From the NCBI RefSeq assembly GCF_003334405.1, contig NZ_QOWM01000004.1: a stretch of 64,000 nt of DNA, one strand, 5' to 3'. Every line of letters begins with the position of its first letter. The stretch's first letter is position 1. Source of the DNA: Escherichia coli. GTDB taxonomy: Bacteria; Pseudomonadota; Gammaproteobacteria; Enterobacterales; Enterobacteriaceae. Shown piece after piece: positions 39,559 to 51,124 of the stretch. Below the pieces are notes generated by a model. The model saw only the letters and a list, made by a program, of their open reading frames with translations. It was not told the origin of the DNA and did not search any database. The position numbers were made by a program, and so were the translations under genes.

Positions 39559-39813
39559 ATGGGAATTATTGCCTGGATTATTTTTGACCTGATAGCCGGC
39601 ATTATCGCCAAGCTAATCATGCCGGGGCGTGATGGTGGTGGATTTTTCCTGACCTGTATTCTCGGGATAGTCGGTGCGGTGGTCGGCGGCTGGCTGGCGA
39701 CCATGTTTGGCATTGGCGGCTCCATCAGTGGTTTTAATCTGCACAGCTTCCTGGTGGCGGTGGTGGGAGCTATTCTCGTTCTGGGCATATTCCGCCTCCT
39801 GCGAAGAGAATAA
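39559..39813 (+). CDS. ymgE: Transglycosylase-associated small membrane protein YmgE
   Basis: ORF track 39526..39813; start MGIIAWIIFDLIAGIIAKLIMPG gives 84 aa; hydrophobic, Gly-rich. Confidence 0.75.
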   Translation: MGIIAWIIFDLIAGIIAKLIMPGRDGGGFFLTCILGIVGAVVGGWLATMFGIGGSISGFNLHSFLVAVVGAILVLGIFRLLRRE

Positions 39814-39990
39814 GATTTTCATAAGGCGGATAGCGATACAGATGCCGCTATCCGCTTTCACATCAGAACGTATACTCGACACCTGCTTTACGGGTGAAAA
39901 AAATCAATATAGCACTTCGATATCCGATAAAGTCGGTTCCCGGTAACAACAACAGAATCCTTTTTTAATTATTGTTTCGTTGTTTTTGGT

Positions 39991-40431
39991 GTGATTCAGA
40001 AAATAAATATTTTAGACAGTAGCCAGTCAGGCGTTAAAAATGGGGCGGATAGTGAGGCGGTTTTGGCTGCGCTTATTGAACATTTAGAATTGATCAATCC
40101 TTCTGGCAGATTAAGCCAAAATACCCGTTCGGCAATGCTTCAGTTACGCGAAGAGGAATGGTCTGAATTCTTTTTTTGGTTGCTAAATTCTCTGGAGTGT
40201 CTGGATTATGTGATTATTAATTTAACTCCAGAAAGCAAAAAAACGTTGATGAGTGAACACCGTAACAATATTCAGGTAGCAATTGATGCTTTATATAGCC
40301 AACGTCGGCGTAAATCGCCGGGTGATGAAAGTGAAACACTTACCCGTAGAAATGACGCTATCTTCGGCAACCACGTATGGCAAACATTTGCGCAATACTT
40401 CCCGCCAGGACTTGAAAAACCGTCTGTGTAG
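39991..40431 (+). CDS. ycgY: Uncharacterised protein YcgY
   Basis: ORF track 146 aa; expected position upstream of treA. Confidence 0.7.
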   Translation: MIQKINILDSSQSGVKNGADSEAVLAALIEHLELINPSGRLSQNTRSAMLQLREEEWSEFFFWLLNSLECLDYVIINLTPESKKTLMSEHRNNIQVAIDALYSQRRRKSPGDESETLTRRNDAIFGNHVWQTFAQYFPPGLEKPSV

Positions 40432-40509
40432 AAAAAACCATAGCTATGGTGTTATCTGCCGACAACGCCATCCGGAGAAGCCGAATGACGTTGTCGGAGT
40501 AAGCGCTGG

Positions 40510-42207
40510 TTAAGGTGTGGGTTGTGCCTCTTTGGTTGAGGGTTGCGTCGTTGCTGACTTAACGGTCGGACGCGTCGCCGGAACATTGTCACACGGTTGC
40601 TCTTTCGGGCAGATCAAATCCAGCATTTTCAGCGTCACGCCATTGGTCCAGCCAAAGCCATCCTGTAATGGATATTCGCCACCGCCGCCCCCCGTTCCGG
40701 TGGTGCTGACATCATATTTTTCCACCAGCTTTTTCTCCCGGTCATAGGTGTGCTGAACATTGGTCAGGAAGTGCCAGCTAATGTCCATCGCCACCTCTTT
40801 TTGCCCGTAGTTTTGTAATCCTTCTGTCGCGACCCACTGTAACGGTGCCCAGCCATTTGGCGCATCCCATTGTTGCCCACTTTTCACCGACGTGGTGTTC
40901 AGGCCGCCGGGTTGCAGCAGATGTGTTTTCGTCGCCGTCGCCATTTTGTTGGCGCGATCTTTCGCTGCCGCATTGACGTACAGCGGGAACAGGGCGGCCG
41001 CGGTTAACTGATTGCGCACTTTATGACTTTTCAGGTCGTAATCGGCATACCAGCCTTGTTGATCGTTCCACAGGTATTTTTCGATCCCTTTTTGACGGGC
41101 ATTTGCCAGCGTTTCGTACTGGTTTGCCATCGCGTTATCTCCGGCAGCTTTGCTGGCGCGGGCGAGGATTTTTTCCATTTTAAACATCAGGCTGTTCAGA
41201 TCGACCGGTACGATGCTGGTGGTGCGTAAGGTATTTAACTGCTGCGGGTTGTCCATCCAGCGCGAGCTGAAATCCCAGCCAGACGCAGCGGCAGAGCGCA
41301 GGTCGCGGTAAATTTCAGTGGCAGGTCGATTCGGATTGCTTTTGGCGGTGGCAATATCTTCCACCCATGACTCTGGTCGTGGCGTATCGCGATCGTCCCA
41401 GTAGCGGTTGAGAAGGGTACCATCCTGAAGTTTGACAACGCGTTTTTCCTGTTGTCCGGCTTGCAGGTTTTCAACACCGTCCATCCAGTAAGCATATTCT
41501 TTTTGCATTTGCGGCAGGTATTGCTTCAACGCGGCATCGCCTTCATGCTGCGCCAGTAACTCTACCATCAGGGCAAAGAAGGGCGGTTGCGAGCGGCTTA
41601 AATAGTAACTGCGGTTGCCGTTGGGAATATGACCGTAAGTGTCTATTTCATGAGCAAAATTGGCCACCATATTCGCGACTTTATCCCAGTGACCGCTTTC
41701 GGCAAGTCCTAACATGGTGAAGTAACTGTCCCAGTAATATACCTCGCGAAAGCGTCCGCCCGGCACGACATAAGGTTCCGGCAGCGGTAACAGAGAATCC
41801 CATTTTTCGGTGTTTTCGGTAGAACGCGTTAATACCGGCCAAAGTCCGTCAATATGTTCGCGCAGTGACTGCCCCTCTGGCGGAACATATTTCTCGCCTT
41901 CTTTCGGCAGGGTGAAATTGACGTTAACGAAATGGCGCAGATCAAATCCGCTCTGGTTTTGCTGCATCCGATAATCAGCAAGGATCATCAGCGGATCGCT
42001 GTTCGGCACGGCATCGGCAAAGGTTTTTTGGTCCGGAAAAAGTTTGGCGTTTTGCACATCATTAAACAGCGGCCCTAATAAAATATCAGGCGGCTGTGGT
42101 GTTACCGGTGTTTCTTCTGCCTGCACCGATAGCGCAGCGAAACACAAAAAGATACAGGCTGGAATTAACGCCATTTTTTGCGGGCGAGAAGGTGCGGGGG
42201 ATTTCAT
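40510..42207 (-). CDS. treA: Periplasmic trehalase TreA
   Basis: ORF track 40510..42210; start [30 protein letters not shown] (signal peptide) gives 565 aa; glycoside hydrolase family 37. Confidence 0.95.
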   Translation of the reverse strand: MKSPAPSRPQKMALIPACIFLCFAALSVQAEETPVTPQPPDILLGPLFNDVQNAKLFPDQKTFADAVPNSDPLMILADYRMQQNQSGFDLRHFVNVNFTLPKEGEKYVPPEGQSLREHIDGLWPVLTRSTENTEKWDSLLPLPEPYVVPGGRFREVYYWDSYFTMLGLAESGHWDKVANMVANFAHEIDTYGHIPNGNRSYYLSRSQPPFFALMVELLAQHEGDAALKQYLPQMQKEYAYWMDGVENLQAGQQEKRVVKLQDGTLLNRYWDDRDTPRPESWVEDIATAKSNPNRPATEIYRDLRSAAASGWDFSSRWMDNPQQLNTLRTTSIVPVDLNSLMFKMEKILARASKAAGDNAMANQYETLANARQKGIEKYLWNDQQGWYADYDLKSHKVRNQLTAAALFPLYVNAAAKDRANKMATATKTHLLQPGGLNTTSVKSGQQWDAPNGWAPLQWVATEGLQNYGQKEVAMDISWHFLTNVQHTYDREKKLVEKYDVSTTGTGGGGGEYPLQDGFGWTNGVTLKMLDLICPKEQPCDNVPATRPTVKSATTQPSTKEAQPTP

Positions 42208-42526
42208 CAATCATTCTCCTTTGGCGAAACCGAATAAAACGGTATTCAAGTATCAGAAAACCTTAGTTCAGGATCGCACTAGCTGCATGATCGAAATCTC
42301 ATTCTGCGAACTGTCAGGCATTTTAGAAAAGGGAATTAAAGGGATAAATAACGGCGAAATAGAGTGATCAAATAACGTCTGTTTATTAGCCAGCCAGCGG
42401 CGTTGGGTTCGTGATTAGCGAAGAAAAATCATCATAAATTGGTGAAAAATATAACAGGTAGTTAAAAACCATTAGTGCTGAGTAAATTGCCGGATGACAT
42501 CAGAACGATGCCATCCGAACAGTGGC

Positions 42527-43945
42527 TTAACCCTGACGGTTGAAACGTTGCGTTTTAACGTCCAGCGTTAGCGTTTCTTCTGGTTGTATCGCATACAGTT
42601 TCTCACCCTGCTGGCAAATCCAGCCAATCCCCAGTTCACGGGCGATTAGGGCGCTGTGGGATACCGGACTTCCGGCGCTAAGGCAGATACCTTTTACAAC
42701 CGCCGGATCCAGTTGCAGTACTGTGGAAGGATAAATGTTCTCCGCCAGTAGAATAGTTGGCGAGTTAAACTGCGGGAGTTCTTCTTTCGTTTGGGTCAGG
42801 TGGACCAGGGTGCGATGCAGAAGATCGTCCACATCAATATAGCGAGCTTGTAGATATTCATCATCCAGTTGCTGGTATTGCTGGCTAAGTTCTTTAAGAA
42901 CTTGCTGCCAGGCATATTCTGCCGTGCAATGTTCATGCTGAAGGAGTTCGCTTGCCGCCGCCAGCAGTTCCGGATCATCTAACAGTGTATGGTGACCAGA
43001 AAAGATTGCGGCAATATCGTCAAGCCCGCTGGCTTCTGCTTTCGCTGTTAACGTCATCAGATCTAATAACGTGAAGTCAATAGCCTGGCGTAATCGATCT
43101 TGTTCTTCTTCCACGGTCAGGGTTGATTTTGCCTGTACCGTACATAAAACTGGTTGATAATAAAAGGCTTTACCCGAAACAGGCGGAACGGGACGCAGAG
43201 TAGGTGGAGCGACTTCCTCCGTTTCACCAAAGTTATCTTCAGCCAGCTGACGGAAAGCGATCAGTGCCTCTTCAGCTTCTGGCCCTTTCGCAATCAGGCG
43301 CAGCGTATCGTTATAGCGAACTTGTAGTAACGCAATCTGGTTAATACTCTCTGGTGTGACGCATTTGCCGTTTTTTTCCAGCAACATATCGGCATTAAAT
43401 GTCGATAAGGTATAAACCAGCCGGGAGGCCGGACGTACATGCAGGCCGTTACGGTTTTTTATGACCACCGCCAGAGAACGGGCTTCTTCATCGTACGCAG
43501 GACATGTGTCAGAGATTTCAGTGTCGGAGGACGGTAAACCCAGTTGTTCACGTTTGGCTTCCAGCGCATGCATGGCGTCAAAGATAACTTTGTCGATATC
43601 CGCCCCCGAGGCCGCGCTGACCGTTGCTGCCAGTGTACCTTCGACCAACGGCGCAGCACACAAACGTACTTTTGCGGCGATCTCGGGAGCCAGCAATTCC
43701 AGCGCAGTTTCAGCACTCAATAATGCGCTACCCATATCCATCATGACCAGCACATGGTCGGCATCAGCAACAGATTCGATGGCCTCCATCACTTTGACGG
43801 CATCGGTACCAATGGGATTTTGTGGATCGTCAATTCCCGCGGCAATGGCGATTTTACAACTATCACTCATTAACATCTGACGGGCTAATTCACCGACACC
43901 TTCTCCCAGTCGGCTGCTATGTGAAACTATGACCAGGTTTACCAT
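42527..43945 (-). CDS. dhaM: Dihydroxyacetone kinase phosphotransfer subunit DhaM (EIIA-HPr-EI-like)
   Basis: ORF track 42527..43951; start MVNLVIVSHSSRLGEGV gives 472 aa. Confidence 0.9.
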   Translation of the reverse strand: MVNLVIVSHSSRLGEGVGELARQMLMSDSCKIAIAAGIDDPQNPIGTDAVKVMEAIESVADADHVLVMMDMGSALLSAETALELLAPEIAAKVRLCAAPLVEGTLAATVSAASGADIDKVIFDAMHALEAKREQLGLPSSDTEISDTCPAYDEEARSLAVVIKNRNGLHVRPASRLVYTLSTFNADMLLEKNGKCVTPESINQIALLQVRYNDTLRLIAKGPEAEEALIAFRQLAEDNFGETEEVAPPTLRPVPPVSGKAFYYQPVLCTVQAKSTLTVEEEQDRLRQAIDFTLLDLMTLTAKAEASGLDDIAAIFSGHHTLLDDPELLAAASELLQHEHCTAEYAWQQVLKELSQQYQQLDDEYLQARYIDVDDLLHRTLVHLTQTKEELPQFNSPTILLAENIYPSTVLQLDPAVVKGICLSAGSPVSHSALIARELGIGWICQQGEKLYAIQPEETLTLDVKTQRFNRQG

Positions 43946-43955
43946 CACCAATTCC

Positions 43956-44588
43956 TTACTCTTTTGCGGCTAACGCCAACATTTGCATCATAAACATCAC
44001 CGAGGTCGCGCCGGGATCCTGGTGACCAATACTGCGTTCACCGAGATAACTGGCGCGGCCTTTGCGGGCTTGCATCGTAATCGTACTTTGTGCAGCGGAT
44101 TCGGCGATGCTACTGGCAGCTTCGAGCGCCACCGGAACAGAGAGATTTTGCTCGCTGGACTGACGTAACGATTCCACCACCGGCACCCACACATCACACA
44201 TGGTTTTATCGCCAGGTTCGGCTTTCCCGCGACTGATTACGCCGTCCGCGCCATCGCGGAACATCTGATAAAGCTCTTCCAGTGTCAGGCTTTGCCGTGC
44301 CTGGGTCGCCTGTGCGGCGCGGATAAAGAAGGTACCGAACAGCGGACCACTGGCACCACCGACGCTGGAAAGCAGCGTCATACCGGTATTCTTGAGAATG
44401 AAACCGATATCTTTATCTGCGATAGCAGGGAGTTTTTCCACCACTTTGCTAAAGCCTCGGTTCATATTTAGCCCGTGGTCAGCATCGCCAATTTCGCGAT
44501 CCAGTCCGGTAAGATACTCGCTCTCGGTGCTGAAAATATCGCCACAACGAGTGAGCCAGTTAACAATTTGAGTTCTGCTCAGTGACAT
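43956..44588 (-). CDS. dhaL: Dihydroxyacetone kinase ADP-binding subunit DhaL
   Basis: ORF track 43956..44666; start MSLSRTQIVNWLTRCGDIF gives 210 aa. Confidence 0.9.
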   Translation of the reverse strand: MSLSRTQIVNWLTRCGDIFSTESEYLTGLDREIGDADHGLNMNRGFSKVVEKLPAIADKDIGFILKNTGMTLLSSVGGASGPLFGTFFIRAAQATQARQSLTLEELYQMFRDGADGVISRGKAEPGDKTMCDVWVPVVESLRQSSEQNLSVPVALEAASSIAESAAQSTITMQARKGRASYLGERSIGHQDPGATSVMFMMQMLALAAKE

Positions 44589-44598
44589 TGCTTTCTCC

Positions 44599-45669
44599 TT
44601 ATTTACCCCAGTTAAGGGCCGGGGTGTGGACCGGGGCGTCCCAGAGTGCCAGCGTTTCGTCATCAACTTTCAGTAAGGTGATTGAGAAACCGGTCATATC
44701 CAGTGAGGTGCAGTACGCGCCAATTAAATTACGTTCGATAGTCAATCCCGCTTGCTGGCAACGTGTGGTCAGGCGGTTATAGACGCCGTACAGCTCAGAA
44801 AGCGGAGTTGCGCCAAGATTGTTAACCAGCGCAATCACCCGATCGCCAGACTGGAGCGGTTGTTTGGTTTGTTGTTCTTCCTGCCAACTGCCTTGTTGAT
44901 AATCCCAGAAACGCAAAGTGCGATGGTATGAGCCATTTACCAGCAGGGTGTCGAACATTTCATCGACGGTTTGATCAAGGGAAGAGAAGGGGCGGCGGTC
45001 AATACCCGGCTCACCATGAATGCCGACGCCAAACTCCATCTCATTATCCGCCAGGGTAAAAGAAGGTTTGCCCGCGGCAGGAACGGTACAGGCACCGAGA
45101 GCGATACCTATTGAGTGGCCTTGATTATTCAGCTTACGCCCCAGTTCCGCACAGGCGTCCAGTGAGTCGCCACGCTCCGCCGCTGCGCCTACGAGTTTTT
45201 CAATTAATACGGTGTTGGCAACGCCGCGTCGCCCGGCAGTATAAAGACTGTCTTTTACCGCAACGTCGTCATCAATGACCACAGTGGTCACTTTTACGCC
45301 GCTATCGTGCAGTAACTCGGTCGCTGTTTCAAAGTTAAGAATATCGCCGGTGTAATTTTTGATAATCAACAGTACACCTTCGCCGCCATCAACTTGCATG
45401 GCGCATTCAAAGATTTTATCGGGCGTCGGTGAGGTGAAAATTTCGCCCGGACAGGCCCCCGAAAGCATCCCCTGACCGATATAACCACAGTGCATCGGCT
45501 CGTGTCCGCTGCCGCCACCCGACAGCAGGGCGACTTTTCCTGCAACAGGGGCATCAGCTCGGGTGACATACACCGGATCCTGATGCAGTGTCAGCGATGG
45601 ATGCGCTTTCGCCAGTCCTGCCAGTTGTTCGTCCAGTACGTCTTGCACATCATTGATCAATTTTTTCAT
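44599..45669 (-). CDS. dhaK: Dihydroxyacetone kinase substrate-binding subunit DhaK
   Basis: ORF track 44599..45699; start MKKLINDVQDVLDEQLAGL gives 356 aa. Confidence 0.92.
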   Translation of the reverse strand: MKKLINDVQDVLDEQLAGLAKAHPSLTLHQDPVYVTRADAPVAGKVALLSGGGSGHEPMHCGYIGQGMLSGACPGEIFTSPTPDKIFECAMQVDGGEGVLLIIKNYTGDILNFETATELLHDSGVKVTTVVIDDDVAVKDSLYTAGRRGVANTVLIEKLVGAAAERGDSLDACAELGRKLNNQGHSIGIALGACTVPAAGKPSFTLADNEMEFGVGIHGEPGIDRRPFSSLDQTVDEMFDTLLVNGSYHRTLRFWDYQQGSWQEEQQTKQPLQSGDRVIALVNNLGATPLSELYGVYNRLTTRCQQAGLTIERNLIGAYCTSLDMTGFSITLLKVDDETLALWDAPVHTPALNWGK

Positions 45670-45896
45670 TATTTTGCTCCAGCAATTACGGTAGGGCATG
45701 GATGATGTTCAACGACACGGCGACCACTGACTGCCGATGAATCCATTGTGCATCAGGCAAGGGAAAAGAAAATTAGCCCAAATTATGTTTCATAGTGAAA
45801 CATATGCTTTAATGAATGTTCCATATTGAAACTTTTACGTGTATTAATACTTAAAATTGCGAGCCGGAACACCTTTTGTCATAAGGGATGCGGGAT

Positions 45897-47816
45897 ATGA
45901 GTGGCGCTTTTAACAACGATGGTCGGGGCATATCTCCCTTAATTGCAACCTCCTGGGAGCGATGCAATAAGCTGATGAAACGGGAGACATGGAACGTACC
46001 ACATCAGGCCCAGGGCGTGACATTTGCTTCTATTTATCGGCGTAAGAAAGCGATGCTGACGCTCGGGCAGGCTGCGCTGGAAGATGCCTGGGAATATATG
46101 GCACCGCGAGAGTGTGCGCTGTTTATCCTCGATGAAACCGCCTGCATTCTCAGCCGTAATGGCGATCCGCAAACCTTGCAGCAGCTAAGTGCACTGGGAT
46201 TCAATGACGGCACGTATTGCGCCGAGGGAATTATTGGTACTTGTGCGCTATCGTTAGCGGCTATCTCTGGTCAGGCCGTGAAAACGATGGCCGATCAACA
46301 TTTCAAACAGGTACTCTGGAACTGGGCCTTTTGTGCAACGCCGTTGTTTGACAGCAAGGGCCGATTGACGGGAACAATAGCGCTGGCGTGTCCGGTTGAG
46401 CAAACTACCGCAGCTGATTTGCCGTTGACGTTGGCAATCGCCCGCGAGGTCGGAAATTTACTGCTGACGGACAGTTTGCTCGCTGAAACTAACCGTCATT
46501 TAAATCAACTTAATGCCCTGTTAGAAAGTATGGATGATGGCGTGATTAGCTGGGACGAGCAGGGTAATTTGCAATTTATTAATGCCCAGGCGGCGCGGGT
46601 CTTGCGCCTTGACGCGACGGCAAGTCAGGGACGGGCAATCACTGAACTCTTAACGTTACCCGCCGTATTGCAACAAGCAATAAAACAGGCACATCCGCTC
46701 AAACACGTAGAAGCAACCTTTGAAAGCCAGCACCAGTTTATTGATGCGGTGATAACCCTTAAACCGATAATAGAAACGCAGGGAACCAGCTTTATTTTGT
46801 TGCTCCATCCTGTGGAACAGATGCGGCAGTTGATGACCAGTCAATTAGGAAAAGTCAGCCATACCTTCGCTCATATGCCACAGGACGATCCGCAAACCCG
46901 CCGCTTGATTCATTTTGGTCGCCAGGCGGCGCGCAGTAGCTTTCCTGTCCTGCTTTGTGGAGAAGAGGGCGTGGGCAAGGCACTGCTAAGTCAGGCAATT
47001 CATAATGAAAGCGAGCGTGCTGCAGGTCCTTATATCGCCGTCAATTGTGAGTTATATGGTGATGCTGCGCTGGCGGAAGAATTTATTGGTGGCGATCGCA
47101 CGGACAATGAAAATGGCCGTCTGAGTCGGCTGGAACTGGCACACGGCGGCACGCTGTTTCTTGAAAAGATTGAATATCTGGCGGTGGAGTTACAGTCTGC
47201 TTTGCTTCAGGTTATCAAGCAGGGGGTTATCACGCGACTGGATGCGCGGCGTTTAATACCAATTGATGTCAAAGTGATTGCAACAACGACCGCGGACCTC
47301 GCAATGCTGGTGGAACAAAATCGTTTTAGTCGCCAGCTGTATTACGCGCTGCATGCATTTGAAATTACCATCCCGCCTCTGCGTATGCGGCGTGGCAGCA
47401 TTCCGGCGCTGGTGAATAACAAATTACGCAGTCTTGAAAAACGCTTCTCTACGCGGCTGAAAATTGATGACGATGCCCTCGCTCGCCTGGTTTCTTGTGC
47501 ATGGCCAGGCAACGATTTTGAACTTTACAGCGTCATCGAGAATCTTGCTCTGAGTAGTGATAACGGGCGCATTCGCGTCAGTGATTTGCCGGAACATCTG
47601 TTTACCGAGCAGGCGACAGATGATGTCAGCGCCACCCGCCTTTCCACCAGTCTGTCATTTGCGGAAGTTGAAAAAGAGGCAATTATTAACGCAGCCCAGG
47701 TCACAGGCGGTCGCATTCAGGAAATGTCGGCTTTACTTGGGATCGGCCGCACTACGCTGTGGCGGAAAATGAAGCAACATGGCATTGATGCAGGGCAGTT
47801 TAAGCGCCGGGTATGA
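45897..47816 (+). CDS. dhaR: Transcriptional activator DhaR (GAF-PAS-AAA+ enhancer-binding family)
   Basis: ORF track 45888..47816; start MSGAFNNDGRGISPL gives 639 aa; C-terminal helix-turn-helix; divergent from dhaKLM. Confidence 0.9.
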   Translation: MSGAFNNDGRGISPLIATSWERCNKLMKRETWNVPHQAQGVTFASIYRRKKAMLTLGQAALEDAWEYMAPRECALFILDETACILSRNGDPQTLQQLSALGFNDGTYCAEGIIGTCALSLAAISGQAVKTMADQHFKQVLWNWAFCATPLFDSKGRLTGTIALACPVEQTTAADLPLTLAIAREVGNLLLTDSLLAETNRHLNQLNALLESMDDGVISWDEQGNLQFINAQAARVLRLDATASQGRAITELLTLPAVLQQAIKQAHPLKHVEATFESQHQFIDAVITLKPIIETQGTSFILLLHPVEQMRQLMTSQLGKVSHTFAHMPQDDPQTRRLIHFGRQAARSSFPVLLCGEEGVGKALLSQAIHNESERAAGPYIAVNCELYGDAALAEEFIGGDRTDNENGRLSRLELAHGGTLFLEKIEYLAVELQSALLQVIKQGVITRLDARRLIPIDVKVIATTTADLAMLVEQNRFSRQLYYALHAFEITIPPLRMRRGSIPALVNNKLRSLEKRFSTRLKIDDDALARLVSCAWPGNDFELYSVIENLALSSDNGRIRVSDLPEHLFTEQATDDVSATRLSTSLSFAEVEKEAIINAAQVTGGRIQEMSALLGIGRTTLWRKMKQHGIDAGQFKRRV

Positions 47817-47915
47817 AAGACAGAAACGATTTCTGATACATCAGAGTGATCTGTATTTCATTCCGGCGCACGCTAACAATTTTCAGCATCGTTTAAGGGC
47901 TTGTCTATCCCGCAC

Positions 47916-50783
47916 TTAAAAGCTGAAGCGATATCCTCCGTTGACTTGCTTCTGATCAAAGAGGTTACCCTGCGTGTAATCCGCTTCGAGATAGAATGTG
48001 TGCTGTTTGTTATACTGTGCACTGACTCCCACGCCGTTATTCCAGCCATTACCTTTGAAACTGTACTTCTCCCGGGAGTTGTTCAACAGATATTCGGTAT
48101 CCCCTGAAAACTCGCGGATAGCGCCAGTCTTCACATAGACATTCAGCTGGCTGTTGCCTGCGGTGATGTCATACCCCAGTATCATGCTGGCACGCCCCAG
48201 CAGCGATTCGTAGTGATTCAGATGTATATTGAGGCCATTACTCGCCTTCATAGTCATCTCATTCTGGTGGCTGTATGTAAGCTGGGTTTGCGGCTCTATA
48301 TAGAACCCATAACCAGTAGGGGACAGGTTGAACCTCTGCCCGGCTTCCAGGGAGATGCTCATTCCATTCGCAGTGCCGTTGGCGTTAACGCCGTTGTTCT
48401 GACTGTCCAGTACGTGGAAACTATTTTTCTGGCGCGATGCTTTTATAACGAGATCGCTGTAAAAACCGTTTTGTGCCATGTAACTGGCGTACATTCCCAT
48501 GTAGTCTGAACGTGCGGTACCGTCGCCTCCGCTATAGTCCGGCGATGCATGTGTTGAGCCAATATACAGACCGACATACAACGGCATTACATCAGAGAGA
48601 CGTTTATCCCCACCAAACTGGATACCGCTGTAACCCATGTCAAAGCCGCTCAGTTTGCCACTGGCAAAGGAGTCCAGGCTTCCCCCATAACTGCGCAACC
48701 AGATATTACCGTCTTTACTCTGATTTCGCAGGTCACCCATCCGTTGCATCAGCGTACGGTTTTCAACATAGTTCAATAAGTAACCGACATTGAGATAATT
48801 GCCGCCAGCATCTGCGGTCGTGGTGGGTTTAGGCGTGGGAGCGGGTTCAGGCGTAGGATCGGGGTTGACTATGGGAGGCTGAGCGGGAGCTGGTGTGGGT
48901 TCAGGATTAGGAGTCGGTTCCGGAACTGTCCCGGAAGCGTAAAGCTCCCAGTTAGTGCCATTTTTACGCACATCGTACAGATATCCCCCCAACTCAACCT
49001 GAGAAGACGCGCTGAACGAGGCCGCGCCGTCAGTGGTTTTTACCACTGTCAGAACTTCATTTCCCGTTGTGGCCTCGCTGCCCTGGTTGCGGATAGCCAA
49101 TACGTGATTACCAGCACTACTCCCGCTGATATTCAATAAATCCCCTTTATTATTAACGCCATTACCCTCGCCAACAACATCAGCACGCATAATAAAGGTA
49201 CTGTTACCGCTCAGGTTCTCTACGTTTAATGTGGCAAATGTGCCGGCAGTTGACCCGTGGCTGGCAAAATCGACAGTTGAATGGCTCAGCGCCAGCGTGT
49301 CGAGATTAGAATTACTTGTTACGTTCCAGACGCTGTTATTCATTGCAACGTCCAGTTTTCCGCCATTGACATTATCGCTGAGGGAGGAACCTGTCCAAAC
49401 CGACCCAGGGTGCATATCCAGATTGATTAGCCCACCTTTGGAAAGAACGCTACCGTTGATAAGCATACGACCCGAGGCGTTGATGCGGCTGGCGGCATAA
49501 CCATCGTCATGTTGCGTTGCGATGGCCATCTGGTCGGGTGTACTCATATCAATGACCAGATCGCTCGTGAGGTCGATCTGGCTGTTGGTCATGGCATAAA
49601 TTCCCCTGGCTCCTGCCGCGCCGGTGATAGCCAAACTGTCTCCGGTTATTCTACCGCCGCTGAGAGCCCACAAACCCAGCGCCAGACTGCCATTACGATC
49701 AACTGTAATATCGGTATTTTGCATGTTGACAACAGCCGTTGCCGTCTGGGCCGAGGCACCATAAGAACCGCCGGAAAAGATGCTGTTTCGTTGCGCTGCC
49801 GTGCCAGTAAAATTGATTATCGCGTCTGAACCACTGGTGACGAGGCCACCGCCCTGCGCGGAAGAAATATGGCTATCTGCACCGATAGTGGTTGTACCAC
49901 CACGAACTTCGACGCCATTGGCCGCGGCTCCAGTTACATCAACAGTGAGTGCATTCGCGCTAACCTGGCCAAAGCTCCAGAGGCCGTGAGCATTATCGCC
50001 ATTGGTTTTAATGGTACTGTTTGTTCCGAGATCGACAACAGAGTTTTTCTGTACGTTTATCCCCATGGCGCTGTAGCCCTGAACATCGATTGTCAGGTCT
50101 GTAGCCGTAAAACGCGCAGCACCATTGGCGTTATTGCCGTTGAGACCACCGATATAAACACCTGTACTTCCATCGGTCGTGATTTTACTTCCGCTTCCAA
50201 GATCGACACTGGTGCCATAGTCATTGATGGTTAGGCCTATACCGTTCGAGTTTTCAATGGTGAATTGAGTGGCTGTTAGTGTTGAGCTATGCCCAATAAT
50301 GATGCCGTCATCGTTACTCTTAATGGTGCTGCCTGTGCCTAAGTCAGCATGGGTATAGTCACCAATTAAGTTAATGCCGATGGCAGAGGTTTGACCAACA
50401 ACATCTACTGTGAGTCGGTTAGCTGTCAGGGAGCTGTTTTTGCCCTGAATAATGATTCCTTTTGCATATCCAGAGGCGTCGTTGACATTGACGGTGACAT
50501 CATTACCCAGGTTGATATTGCCAGGCGTGTTTCCTGCTGGGGTCATTACACCATAGAGGTTTCCTGATGGATCGGCGGTATCTCCTGTAATTCTGTCACC
50601 ATCATTAATAGTAATATTGGTGCCATATTGACTTCCTGTATCAGCAGCTATCAGCAGGGGGGAAAAGATAATTGCATTCAAACCAATAGCGCCAAATTTT
50701 ATCAGTTGAATTGAGGGCGAACGGATTTTTAATTCAGCGAGACGATCTGCTTTGGTATTCCCATTGTGTTGTTTGATGCCCAT
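47916..50783 (-). CDS. ycgV: Autotransporter adhesin YcgV (intact)
   Basis: ORF track 955 aa; repetitive passenger domain, Pro-rich linker PEPTPNPEPTPAPAQPP, beta-barrel ending ...NGGYRFSF. Confidence 0.85.
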   Translation of the reverse strand: MGIKQHNGNTKADRLAELKIRSPSIQLIKFGAIGLNAIIFSPLLIAADTGSQYGTNITINDGDRITGDTADPSGNLYGVMTPAGNTPGNINLGNDVTVNVNDASGYAKGIIIQGKNSSLTANRLTVDVVGQTSAIGINLIGDYTHADLGTGSTIKSNDDGIIIGHSSTLTATQFTIENSNGIGLTINDYGTSVDLGSGSKITTDGSTGVYIGGLNGNNANGAARFTATDLTIDVQGYSAMGINVQKNSVVDLGTNSTIKTNGDNAHGLWSFGQVSANALTVDVTGAAANGVEVRGGTTTIGADSHISSAQGGGLVTSGSDAIINFTGTAAQRNSIFSGGSYGASAQTATAVVNMQNTDITVDRNGSLALGLWALSGGRITGDSLAITGAAGARGIYAMTNSQIDLTSDLVIDMSTPDQMAIATQHDDGYAASRINASGRMLINGSVLSKGGLINLDMHPGSVWTGSSLSDNVNGGKLDVAMNNSVWNVTSNSNLDTLALSHSTVDFASHGSTAGTFATLNVENLSGNSTFIMRADVVGEGNGVNNKGDLLNISGSSAGNHVLAIRNQGSEATTGNEVLTVVKTTDGAASFSASSQVELGGYLYDVRKNGTNWELYASGTVPEPTPNPEPTPAPAQPPIVNPDPTPEPAPTPKPTTTADAGGNYLNVGYLLNYVENRTLMQRMGDLRNQSKDGNIWLRSYGGSLDSFASGKLSGFDMGYSGIQFGGDKRLSDVMPLYVGLYIGSTHASPDYSGGDGTARSDYMGMYASYMAQNGFYSDLVIKASRQKNSFHVLDSQNNGVNANGTANGMSISLEAGQRFNLSPTGYGFYIEPQTQLTYSHQNEMTMKASNGLNIHLNHYESLLGRASMILGYDITAGNSQLNVYVKTGAIREFSGDTEYLLNNSREKYSFKGNGWNNGVGVSAQYNKQHTFYLEADYTQGNLFDQKQVNGGYRFSF

Positions 50784-51124
50784 ACCACTCCTATATAGTA
50801 CCCAGACTATGGGTCTATGGATTTTGTCATTTTGTTTAAATCAATGAATAATATCCTCTTATCATCATGATATTTGTATGGTGCAATCATGATGAGCTTC
50901 TCAGAGAATAATTCTCTATTACCGGGCAAAATCAGGAACACAGGAATTAATATATATTTAACATCCCCCTTACAAAGGTGAGTTTATATCGAGTTATTCC
51001 CTAAGTTGTCGTTATTTATTCCAATTCGTTACTATAAATATGGCAAAAATATTACAACAAACAGCGGTTAAAAAATTTGGTGAAGATTTTTTGTAATAAT
51101 CCTAATTAGTTATGGGAATTTCGC